DNA of 64,000 bases from Thraustochytrium aureum (lineage: Eukaryota), in assembly GCA_012862495.1 (NCBI GenBank), contig BLSG01000410.1:135558-199557 (forward strand). The letters run 5' to 3'. The notes below the pieces were generated by a model. The model saw only the letters and a program-made list of their open reading frames with translations. It did no database searches and was not told where the DNA came from. The position numbers and the translations under genes were made by a program. Below are positions 48,858-59,701 of this stretch, in pieces (positions within the stretch are counted from its first letter, which is position 1; each line of letters opens with the position of its first letter).

Positions 48858-50498
48858 GGCACTCCGTCGGTCGCGCGTCAGACGGATCGGCCCAAGGTCC
48901 TGGAGCAGGCGGGGACCTCGACGGCGCGTGGCTGTGGGAAGAGATGCGCGTGGGCCTTGCCGAGGACGGCTCGTTGTCGGGGCTTTCGCAGACGACAATC
49001 CGCAACGCGGCCCACCGCGTCGGCCAGCTTGGGCTCGACGACCTCGTATGTCGAGTGGAAGCAGAGTGGAAGCGACTAGTGGATGCCTCGATGGTCGATG
49101 CCGAGCGAGAAGCGGACCTAGAGGTGCTACCCCAAGAGAGCCAAACGAGGCAGGGCGGCGAGGCTGCAAGCCTGCCGGCCTCAGCAAGCCGGGTCCTTGT
49201 CCGGGCAAGGGCGCGCGCTCTTGCCAAAGCCAAGCTAGAGACGCGAAGGCGGAAGCAGCACACCGGCTGGGCAACCTTCTTCATGGACGCGACAACCTTC
49301 CCGGCGGTCTCGCAAGCCCGATACCGACTCGTGCCCTCTCGCGTGCCAGAGGTGGCCTTTTGGAGCAACCTGTTTGCGCTCGTCCGACGGGCCGCTCGCT
49401 TGGGCGCCGAGACAAACCCGTTCAAAGCCTTGCAGAACCTCGCCGAGCGGTACGGGGCGGGCCCAACTCTGCAGCTTGTTGACGCGGCCAGCGCGCCCTC
49501 AGCAGCTGAGGGCCGGGGGCGACAGGCGCCGTTGCGCTCAGTTGCTGAGAGGCTGCTGGGTTGCGCGCGGCTTGTCGTTGCGACGGGCTGCCCCTCGATT
49601 CGCGGAAATCCTGTGACCCCACAAAAGATGGACGGGTCGTGCGCCACTGCGCTGGTGGTCCGCGCGGCTTGCGCCGCTGGAGGGATCTCTTCTGCCACTG
49701 TCCTCATCGAGAGAGCGAATAGTTTTGCCGTGCAAGCGTGTATGGGAGTTTTCTTTGGGGCGCGTATCCACTGGAAGGGCTCTGCAAATGGCATGACCGA
49801 AGTGACTCTGTACGGCGACGGTGGCAACGTTAGCGTCGAGACGTTTCTGGCGGGCTCGAGCCCCGCAGCCAAACAGCTGCAGGAAGAGCGTATCAGGGAG
49901 ATCGCCGCAGAGCTCTTTGACGGCCCTACGCTAGGGCACTGCTTGTTCGTCGAGCGGGTTGGCCCCGCGAGGATGGTCAATTTTATGCCGCAGACGGGAC
50001 TGTGCTGGAGCAAGCTTTCATCGCGCCACTGCAAGACGTAATTCGGGGCGGCTTGGATCCGACGGACTCGTGGCTGGCAGCTCTGCTCTTGTGTCGGCGA
50101 GCGCCTCCATGGTTGGCATGGGCCAGCCTAGGCTAGCTGAAGTCATCACCACCTGCGTGCCTCTCGGCGAGCAGGTCCGTTGCCACATCGGCACGGCTGA
50201 CGTCGTTGTGGGTTCACTGGCTACGTTGGCCGGATTTGCCCTTGCTGGAGCCCTGGCGCTCGTCGCAGCAGAGCGCGGCAGTTGCCAAAGGACCCCAGAG
50301 GCCCTGGATAGGTTTATGGGGAGCGAGGACGAGGTGCGTAGGGCCTTGGAGGCGAGCGCCTCAGCGGGATCGTGGGACGATGGAGCGCCGCATCGCGCCC
50401 GAACTGTAGGCGGTGTTGGATTTGATGCGCTTGTCCGCGCGCACGCCGACATGCGCTCCATTGTGGCAGCCGAGTGGGACCAACAACGGCCGGCTTAA
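48858..50498 (+). CDS. BSD-domain-containing protein, partial, probably frameshifted near 50000
   Basis: FPAVSQARYRLVPSRVPEVAFWSNLF resembles the BSD consensus. Long open frame after the gap; ORF 49959-50498 may be its continuation. Confidence 0.5.
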
Positions 50499-51409
50499 AA
50501 TAGAGAACCTTTTCATGAGTTCCCCCTCGGAAGATCCAACTTGCCAAAGGCATCATCTGACACGCAATACTTACAGAATTGACGAAGCGCCGCGGCGTGA
50601 CCGGCCATGCTCGTGCGAGCATGCTTCGAGCATGCTTGCAGGGCCGTCCATTGATCATATGTTCAAAACAAACGGCCTACTAAGGAGAGCATCAAGGGCA
50701 TTGACTCGGCCGCCGGCGCCTGCCTTCGCCTTGGCTTTGTTGCAATTGTGCTTCTTGATTACTGTATATTGGAGGCGGCGTGCTGAAGAGCACGCAGTCC
50801 AGTCCCGCAGGAACCAGACTGACAACCAACCGTGTGTAGATGGCGAAGAGCCTGACGAGCCAGAGAGAGCGCATGCAACAGTTCTCAAGGAGCATCGCGG
50901 CAAGGACCGATGATAGGACGTGAAGCAGTCAACTTNNNNNNNNNNNNNNNNNNNNNNNNNNNNNNNNNNNNNNNNNNNNNNNNNNNNNNNNNNNNNNNNN
51001 NNNNNNNNNNNNNNNNNNNNNNNNNNNNNNNNNNNNNNNNNNNNNNNNNNNNNNNNNNNNNNNNNNNNNNNNNNNNNNNNNNNNNNNNNNNNNNNNNNNN
51101 NNNNNNNNNNNNNNNNNNNNNNNNNNNNNNNNNNNNNNNNNNNNNNNNNNNNNNNNNNNNNNNNNNNNNNNNNNNNNNNNNNNNNNNNNNNNNNNNNNNN
51201 NNNNNNNNNNNNNNNNNNNNNNNNNNNNNNNNNNNNNNNNNNNNNNNNNNNNNNNNNNNNNNNNNNNNNNNNNNNNNNNNNNNNNNNNNNNNNNNNNNNN
51301 NNNNNNNNNNNNNNNNNNNNNNNNNNNNNNNNNNNNNTGGCTGGTTAGATTGATTCCTCGCGGTGCATCCTTAGCTGTCTGAAGATGGCGTTGACGGACT
51401 CACTCATCG

Positions 51410-52309
51410 TCAGTTCGTGTTGACGGGCTCGTAAAGCGATGCAAAGAGCGGGTTCACGTGACAGCCGGTTTCGCTGTCGAAGGAGCAGTGACTTTCCATG
51501 GGCATTTGGAGCGCCGCTCTGGAGTCCGACACGAGGCCACGGTAGTTGCGTTCAACTCTGTCGCAGGCGCGCTCCGAAGCAATCGAGCTGCACGGGTCCG
51601 GCTGCCGTCCCAAAGGCTCACAGATCTCGTTGCTAATTGCGAGCGCAATCTGGTCATTGTCGAAGGTTGTACGATACCGGTCCGCCTGCCAAATTGCATC
51701 GCAAGCGCATTTGAAAAAGTCTCGCGACTTTGATCTTTTCGTCGTCTGAAAACAGATGATCTTGGTGCGCGACCTTCGGGTCGCGAAATGGAAATCCTCA
51801 ACCGTTTTGCACAGGTCGCTTGGGTTCCGTTCAGCTTCGATCGGCATATCGTCAGAGTACAGGAGGATGGCCGTGTTTGCATTCCTCCGGCTAAACTTCC
51901 TGCCGACTTGTCCGCTAAAGAGAGGTTCGATGGACGTCGTCTCCTCAATTCCCTTTGTCGGGTAGAGTAGCATTTCAAGAAAGTTCTTGATCGTTTGCAG
52001 GTCGTACGAGTCTGGCTTTCCCAGCGCGGTAACTGGGATCAAGCTGTCGAAAGTTTTGCCAAACCGCACAATGGAAACTTGCGTCCCGCTTTCGCCGATG
52101 TGAAGGTTGTTAAGGACCCTTTTGTTCACCGCTACCTGAGCAGTCAGGTATGTGTCAGCGACACTCCTGTTGGCTGCGAACGTGTCGTCCACCGCGAACA
52201 TAACCCGCGCATTGCAGGATCTGACTGGCCTCGAACTGGATTTCGCCCAAGTTGAAACAATCGCGGCAAGCACGAGTGTCATTTGAAGCATGGTGGCGAG
52301 GGGAAACAT
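51410..52309 (-). CDS. Secreted protein with a divergent vWA-like domain and Cys-rich C-terminus
   Basis: Signal-peptide-like MLQMTLVLAAIVSTWA. VMFAVDDTFA, TQVSIVRFG and AILLYSDD follow vWA strand order. C-terminal cysteines. Confidence 0.6.
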   Translation of the reverse strand: MFPLATMLQMTLVLAAIVSTWAKSSSRPVRSCNARVMFAVDDTFAANRSVADTYLTAQVAVNKRVLNNLHIGESGTQVSIVRFGKTFDSLIPVTALGKPDSYDLQTIKNFLEMLLYPTKGIEETTSIEPLFSGQVGRKFSRRNANTAILLYSDDMPIEAERNPSDLCKTVEDFHFATRRSRTKIICFQTTKRSKSRDFFKCACDAIWQADRYRTTFDNDQIALAISNEICEPLGRQPDPCSSIASERACDRVERNYRGLVSDSRAALQMPMESHCSFDSETGCHVNPLFASLYEPVNTN

Positions 52310-54223
52310 GGTGTTGGAGATCGCGCTCGCCCCACGGTGTTGCGGTCTGTGCCTTGCTTTGCTGCTGTTTGCTGGCGCTCAGAGGTCAATGCTGTTGACT
52401 TGTTGTGTCGATTGGTGTTCTGTAATGCTGTGGCCTGTTCTGGGTTTGCTTCGTCAATCTCAGCCGAGCGCAGCACTTCCTTTGCCTTAGGTCATCTGAT
52501 GAGACATAGTGCCTCAATCAAAACCACGGAGAAGACCCTACAGACGTTGGGCTGGTTGTCTGATGATGCTGCATGATGGTTTTTTAATGGCTGCCTCCCT
52601 GGGCAGCCTGTGACGAGAACCTCAGTGCGGGACAACAGCCGCGTGCTGAAGACCTCAAGACCAATTCCGTCAGATCTTGTTCAAACCACAACTTCCAATC
52701 TAAAGACAGCCTGAGCAAGGCAAAGCAAGGCAATCAGCGGCTTCTGGCCGCGCGGTTCGTTGTAGATCCTCTCACGATCTGCTTGGGCAATCGCCAGGGT
52801 GTGTCAGTCCAAACTCCTCCTTCCAGAGTGATCGAGTGCTTCACATTCACTCCGTCGGCATTCGCGAAACACATGCTGATCAACATTGCGAGCGCCCCGT
52901 TGAAACCGCTCTTCCCCCCTTGCACAGCCCGACCAGCAACGAGCTCCGGCCACATCTTGCGTAGACTGCTCTAGGGCTTCCGCCTCCGGCCACATCCGGC
53001 AACACAATCGCGTCACTGCGGCTTGAGAGTCAGCGCAAAGAGCAAAGGGAATGTCAGCGCCACGCAAGAGCGAACGAGTCCGGCCACACTTTCGGGGCCT
53101 TTTCCGTATCTCGAACGAAACGAGGAAGGCCATCTGGGTCCGGCTTCTCCATCGAGCAAGGCTATCTGGGTCCGGCTTCTCCATCGGACAGATTTCAACT
53201 TGAGCTCCCTGGTGCTAGTGCACGGCAAGGAGAGGGATCCAACCATCCGTGCACGGAGCGTCCTNNNNNNNNNNNNNNNNNNNNNNNNNNNNNNNNNNNN
53301 NNNNNNNNNNNNNNNNNNNNNNNNNNNNNNNNNNNNNNNNNNNNNNNNNNNNNNNNNNNNNNNNNNNNNNNNNNNNNNNNNNNNNNNNNNNNNNNNNNNN
53401 NNNNNNNNNNNNNNNNNNNNNNNNNNNNNNNNNNNNNNNNNNNNNNNNNNNNNNNNNNNNNNNNNNNNNNNNNNNNNNNNNNNNNNNNNNNNNNNNNNNN
53501 NNNNNNNNNNNNNNNNNNNNNNNNNNNNNNNNNNNNNNNNNNNNNNNNNNNNNNNNNNNNNNNNNNNNNNNNNNNNNNNNNNNNNNNNNNNNNNNNNNNN
53601 NNNNNNNNNNNNNNNNNNNNNNNNNNNNNNNNNNNNNNNNNNNNNNNNNNNNNNNNNNNNNNNNNNNNNNNNNNNNNNNNNNNNNNNNNNNNNNNNNNNN
53701 NNNNNNNNNNNNNNNNNNNNNNNNNNNNNNNNCCGGTGTCTCCGGTCCGATTGCATTTCCGGCCACCACTGGCACCTGGAACTCTCTCGGCTCACAACAG
53801 TCGCTGCGGCATGGAGCCGGAGCCGGAGCCTTTGACGCTGAGATTTGCGGAGCACTGACCAGAGACCGGAGCTTGTCGGATGTTCGCTGTCCGGTGTCGT
53901 TGGTTCGGCCTGTTTGATGTCCCCACCGTGCCGTTCGCAGCGAACCAGAAGCGGGCTACAATCGCATGCAGCGGTCGCGCTGGCCTGTGGCAGTGTCTCC
54001 CCTCCCTTCGTGACCGAGGTGGCAACAGTTGGCTGAGGTTTGCAGGCGTCATCGGGTTTCATCGTCCTTTGCTTGGCAAGAATCCAACAACAGAATTCAT
54101 TCGTTTACTTCTTTGGGGCACGCACTGGTGCACGTACGGTAGAGAGCTGCTTGGTTTGCCACGCGGGTCGCCTTGCTGCCTTTGCCACTCGACGCGCGCG
54201 GGTCGCCTTGCTCGAAGGAACAC

Positions 54224-56362
54224 CTAGCGCTTTGCTCTGGCCCTGCCCTTGCCCTTGCCCATTTTCAATGCGCGGTGAAGAGAAACCCCACGTTGCTGCT
54301 CGGCGGCCTGAGCTTTGCGCAAGTTGTTTATCCGCTCGTCGAGCTGGCGCGTGGAATCCTGTGCGACCTGCGGCAGGTCCTGGGAATGCGCTGATATGAT
54401 GCGGGGAGAGCTCATCACCTCGGCGTTCGTGCCAGCGCCCTCATCGATTCCGAACGGCAGGTCGAACTTCGAGCGCGAACCGCTCGAGCCCAGCTCGGCA
54501 GAGGCGCGCTTCGAGACGCGCTTCGAGTGCCTGGTCGCGCGCGCGTGGCTCGAGTCGGCGCGGGTCTCGCCCGCAACACCTTGGTCGTCTTGGACTTGCT
54601 GCATCAGGTCTTCTGTCGCCGCATCGCGCGCGCGAGCGGCAGAGGCAAGACGCTGGCGCTCCTCAGCGCGAGCCTTTGCTGCCTCTTCGACGGCCGCTTC
54701 AGCCGCAGCGCGACGCGCCTCCTCGGCGGTACGGCGCGCACGCTCGCTCGCATAGACGCTTTGCTCCTCGACGATCGCTGAGCGAGAGTGCGTGGATACG
54801 TGTTGCGCGACGACGTGGCTCTTCCTATCGACGGCGGCGGCTGACTTTTTGGGNGCGTTCGCGTCTCTGTCGCCCGCGCCTCCGCCACCACGTGCCCATT
54901 GGGTGAGGCCGCGAACCGAGCTGCGCCACGGGCTCGCCGAGACCGGTGCCAGCGGTTTGCGGAGCGAGAGCGAGTCGGGCTTTCCCGTGGCGTAGCTTGC
55001 GCCTCGTCGAGGTGTTTCATGTTGAAAGCGACGACGTCGTCACCTTGCTCTCCGGAGGCGACCGACTCTGCATCAGAGTCGTCTGATGAAGAAGATGAAG
55101 AAGATGAAGTACCACGGCGGCGGCCGTCAGGGCCGCCGGGTTGACCCGTTGAATGGCCCCGGTTTGCAGCAGAAAAGTGGGAGTCGAAGCCGTCGGTGCG
55201 TATTGTGACCGCACGCGTCGGTGGGGGCTTGAGAAGCTCCGGCGGGGGCGACCAGAAGAAGAGGTTGCGCAGCGTGATGGGGATTTTGTTGAGCCGGAGC
55301 TCTAGAAACCTGCATATCGAAATGTAGACGAGCGCCAGGGCGAGGAGTGCGCCCGACACGACTGCAACGTACACGAGTGCGTTGGGCGAGTCGGAGGGCG
55401 CTTCCTCAACGTCGATGCGGTCAAACGTGCTGGTGGGCACCTCCCACTCCTCGTCCCATGACGTGTCGCTGGCGTTCATGCACCCGAGTCCACTGACGCA
55501 AAACTTGGGGCTGGAGAACTCGGCGCAGTCGCCCTGGGCGCACACGGCGCTCGATGGGAGGTTGGCTTGCGAGAGGATACCGCACATCCCATTCCGCGCG
55601 CCCGTGTTGCGAGCCACCTTGATGTACCCTCCGTCGCCCCAGCGCTCGCCCCACTGGTTGCGGACTAGCCAAAAGTCCTTGCTGTTGATGGTGCCGTAAC
55701 CGACCACGAGAGCGGCGTGGTTGATGTCGTCTGTGCAGTCTGGAGAGTCGAGAACGCCCTCTGTGTAGGCCTTGAAGTCGTCGGCGTACCCGTTGATCGC
55801 GACCGCGACTGGCTGCCGGCTGACGGCCTCCTTGAGGGCGGCTTCGCTGACAGGAACAAAGGTGACGCCGCCACTCGCGATCCTGCCTCGCACGACCCCA
55901 GGGCGCGACGCGTCGAGTTTGCAGGCGCCTTTGCTGCGGACGCCCATGTACGAGTAGGGGTAGTCCTTGGACGTGGCGAGCGCGTGGTCGGCCATGTACT
56001 TCAACGAGTAATAAAAGTTGCCGCCACTGCAGGCGCGCTGGAAATCGTCCTGGTCGCACTCGAGGAGCTGGTCCTCGGATAGGGAAATCATCTGACCTGT
56101 CCGGATGTACATGATCCCTTCCAGCGCTCCCGTTGCTGCAAAGGCCCAGCACGCCCCGCATCTGCCCTGCATCTTGACGTCGGCCACGGCGCCAAACTTT
56201 CGCCAGTCAACCGAGATCGGGAGCCCGTCGCCGCCGACATCGCCGATGCCCGGGCCCGAGACGCTCTGCAGTGTGCGCTTGCCTAGCCTGCGTCCGGGCA
56301 GCGGCTCAGACGGCCTCGAGGCTCGCGCGGCCCGCATCTCGTCCTCGGGCAGCGGGATGAAG
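54224..56362 (-). CDS. Papain-family (C1A, cathepsin L-like) cysteine protease with a transmembrane helix and long C-terminal tail; prodomain in gap
   Basis: SVDWRKFGAV, QGRCGACWAF, SLSEDQLLEC, INHAALVVGYG and FWLVRNQWGERWGDGGY. TM segment ALVYVAVVSGALLALALVYISIC. The tail continues past a frameshift near the ambiguous base at 54854 to the stop at 54224. Confidence 0.88.
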
Positions 56363-57112
56363 NNNNNNNNNNNNNNNNNNNNNNNNNNNNNNNNNNNNNN
56401 NNNNNNNNNNNNNNNNNNNNNNNNNNNNNNNNNNNNNNNNNNNNNNNNNNNNNNNNNNNNNNNNNNNNNNNNNNNNNNNNNNNNNNNNNNNNNNNNNNNN
56501 NNNNNNNNNNNNNNNNNNNNNNNNNNNNNNNNNNNNNNNNNNNNNNNNNNNNNNNNNNNNNNNNNNNNNNNNNNNNNNNNNNNNNNNNNNNNNNNNNNNN
56601 NNNNNNNNNNNNNNNNNNNNNNNNNNNNNNNNNNNNNNNNNNNNNNNNNNNNNNNNCATCCCATCTCACGACTCGCAGAGACACACACGCACACACGTGG
56701 AGACGGAGGGGGCGAGGGAGGGAGAGAGGGCGTCGTGCATCATACCAGCGGAGTCTGTTCTGAACTGATGAGAGCCGTGCACGAGTCGTGACGGAGTGAC
56801 CCTGATCGAGTGGGAGAGCGAGCGACTCGGAGTGCATCACGCTGCCAGTGCGTGCGTGCATGCCTGCCTGCGGCGAGGCGCCCAACGTGGACCACAGCAG
56901 CTGAAGAAGTACTTTCTTTCCGGGCTGCTGGGCTGGACGGAGCCAGCGCACTTCAGGGCGATGCGCTCTCTGTTCGTCGTGCGCCGGGGAGCTCGCTCTG
57001 TTCGTTTTCCAAAGTTCAAAAAGCAGGTGTTTTTTGGTTTGGGTGTTGCGCAGAGCTGCATTCACGCAGACGAGCGGAGCCGCGGCGGGCGCGGAAGGCA
57101 CTGCGAGGCAGC

Positions 57113-57940
57113 ATGCGGTTCAGGGCGAGGCTCGAGCACGCCGGCCTGCAGACCTTTCTGGCGGTCGCGCAGTGCCTCGACAAACTGAGCAAGGACTGCG
57201 CGATCCACCTGACGGAGCGCTCCTTCGAGTTCCGAAAGAAGCCCGAGGTGGACAGCGAGGTGCAAGTGTACGCGTCGCTGGTGAGCGAGTTGTTCAGCGA
57301 GTTCCGCATCGAGAGCAAGGCTGACAACACCATCTCGTTCACCGTCGGCCTGCGCAACCTGCTGCGGGCCTTCCGGTCCGCAGACCAAGGCGAGGAGACG
57401 ATCCTCAAGCTCACCCGCAAGGACGGCGTGCCCTGCTTGAGCGTCCTGGCGGACACCCCCAACGGGCTCACGGTGACCCAGGATGTGCCGATCCTGCGGC
57501 TTATCACCCGCGACGGCATGCAGGACTATCGGGAACCGCAGCTTCCGCCGCCAGCGGTTATGATGCTCTTTCCCGATCCCCGGCACGTGCGGACCGTGCT
57601 GGAGCGGCTTCGGGCGCTCGACAAGTTTGTCATCGTCGAGTTCTCGGCCAAGGGCAAGCTCGTCTTCAAGGTGCAGACCGAGTCGGTCTGCGTGCGAACA
57701 ACCTACCAGGGGCTGGACTTTGAGCCTGGCCAGGCGCTGGACAAGCGTCCCAAGGTGTCCGCGACTGTCAACATCGCCGAGTTGCTGAGCATTCTGCACT
57801 TTGGGGGAGCCAACTTGGACAAGGTGCTCATTTGCTGCGTCGAAGACAAGGCGCTTGTCCTGTACGTGCGCTTTGAGGAGGAGATAGGGACCATGACGTT
57901 CTACTGCCCGCTTGTTGATCCGAGCGACTACGTGGACTAG
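57113..57940 (+). CDS. HUS1: Checkpoint clamp (9-1-1) subunit HUS1
   Basis: MRFRARL, LFSEFRIES..NTISF, LLRAFRSA, LKLTRKDGVPCL, VTQDVPI, YREP and terminal MTFYCP; 275 aa. Confidence 0.88.
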   Translation: MRFRARLEHAGLQTFLAVAQCLDKLSKDCAIHLTERSFEFRKKPEVDSEVQVYASLVSELFSEFRIESKADNTISFTVGLRNLLRAFRSADQGEETILKLTRKDGVPCLSVLADTPNGLTVTQDVPILRLITRDGMQDYREPQLPPPAVMMLFPDPRHVRTVLERLRALDKFVIVEFSAKGKLVFKVQTESVCVRTTYQGLDFEPGQALDKRPKVSATVNIAELLSILHFGGANLDKVLICCVEDKALVLYVRFEEEIGTMTFYCPLVDPSDYVD

Positions 57941-57979
57941 CTCTAGCTAGAGGTAGTGGCGGCGCCCTCCGCCAGTCTT

Positions 57980-58539
57980 CTAAAAGTACGCGCGCGCCTT
58001 CTCGTTTCGCCTCACGCAGCCCTCCCGCGCTCTTTCGTCTCCACGCTCTCGCGTGCGCTTCATGTTCCGTACGAGGTCCTTGTACGGGTAGACGCGGGCC
58101 CCACCAGCCTCAGAGCTGGCGGCGGAAGCTTCTGGCCCGCCCGCCGGCGCTCCAAAGTCGTGCACGTGCGCGCTCCCTGCAGCCCCATATCCTCGACCAC
58201 CTTGGGAGTACCCGCCTGCCGAGGCGAACTGCTGATCTCCGTATTGCGCAGCCTGTTCGGTGGTGAACGGGGCGTACTCCTGTGGGTAGCCATTGGCTTG
58301 GTAGGATTGCTGCGAACCCCATTGATGGTGGCTCCCGTCGAACGCACCGCCCTCGTAAGGGGAGTAGAACTCGGTGTGGTTGGCGCTTTGGTACGAAGTA
58401 CCGTCCAAGGTGTATGGAGTCTGGTGTTGGGCGTATTGCCCCTGTTGCAGCTGAGGAGGAGGAGCCTGGTTGTGCGCGTACTGGTCGTCGTGCTGGTAGA
58501 ACGGTTGATATGCCGCCTGCGGCTGCCGGATCGCCCGGA

Positions 58540-58592
<53 letters not shown>

Positions 58593-58710
58593 GCTGCTNN
58601 NNNNNNNNNNNNNNNNNNNNNNNNNNNNNNNNNNNNNNNNNNNNNNNNNNNNNNNNNNNNNNNNNNNNNNNNNNNNNNNNNNNNNNNNNNNNNNNNNNNN
58701 NNNNNNNNNN

Positions 58711-58755
<45 letters not shown>

Positions 58756-59667
58756 GATGGTGATGGGGGTGGTAGTGCGGCTCAGCTTGTTGTTGCTGGA
58801 ACTGGCGTTCAAATTCGCGAACGCTGTCCTGCGTTGGTATCCCACCACCGGGGTGCGTATGCTGATGGTAAACCCCGCTGGAATCGTAGCCAGCCTCCAG
58901 TATCCCGGGCGAGCCACCATAGTACGCTTCTTCGCCAGCGGCCCTCGAAGCGGAAAGCCCGCCGAACACTGGCGAGCTCGGGGCTCGAGTGGAACCACCA
59001 GCCAGTTTGCGCCCCCCACGCGGGGCGGCCTTGAGCGGGTTGAGCTCCCTGCTAGCTTTGCTTGGCCGGTCTTGCGAAGGCAAGGAGCTGGCCGAGTGCT
59101 TTGTCGCCAGCCAGTCCAGCACCTCCTGGTTGTACTCGATCGCGCAAGTCTGGCGAATTTTGCAAACAGACCCTTCCGTCGTGTTCGACGGAAGGGCCTT
59201 CGCTCCACGAACGTGAAGCGTGTACCGCACCTTGACAAAAGCCTTGGTTGCCAGATTCTGGCGAAGAAGCGTCGTGGAGGGCGTCTCGCCGACGTAGAAT
59301 CTGTAGAGGGCGTCGGGGCCGCCGGGATATGGTGCGAGGCGCGTGGAGAGGTCAACCCAAGCATCTTGGTCCGGCCCAAGACCTGAGGCATGGTCGAGGA
59401 GGACGGCCCCTGAGACCTGGCACCCACCTTTTGCCCACACGTCCATGCACAACTGGCCGTATCCCTGCATGCCTGTAAGGTGCAACGCTTCCCCGGTCCG
59501 GACTCGAAGTACGAGCGGCTCCGCGCCGCGAAACAGCGTCTCCTCGACGTGAACAAGCGAGACTGACTGCTCTGCGTCGTCAACGTGCGAAGCGAGACAG
59601 CCGGCCCGACCACGAGCCTGCCCTTGGTCGCGCGCGGCCTTAGTCTTGGTCGCCGGACCGCGTCGCG

Positions 59668-59701
<34 letters not shown>

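Noticed and set aside
51410..52309. This vWA ORF as the missing partner of VWA8
   Set aside because: It has a secretory signal peptide, a degenerate MIDAS and a Cys-rich tail, which is incompatible with a mitochondrial VWA8 C-terminus.
52734..54062. Minus-strand ORF fragments around gap 53265-53732
   Set aside because: No recognisable motifs and inconsistent frames, so a gene call cannot be supported.
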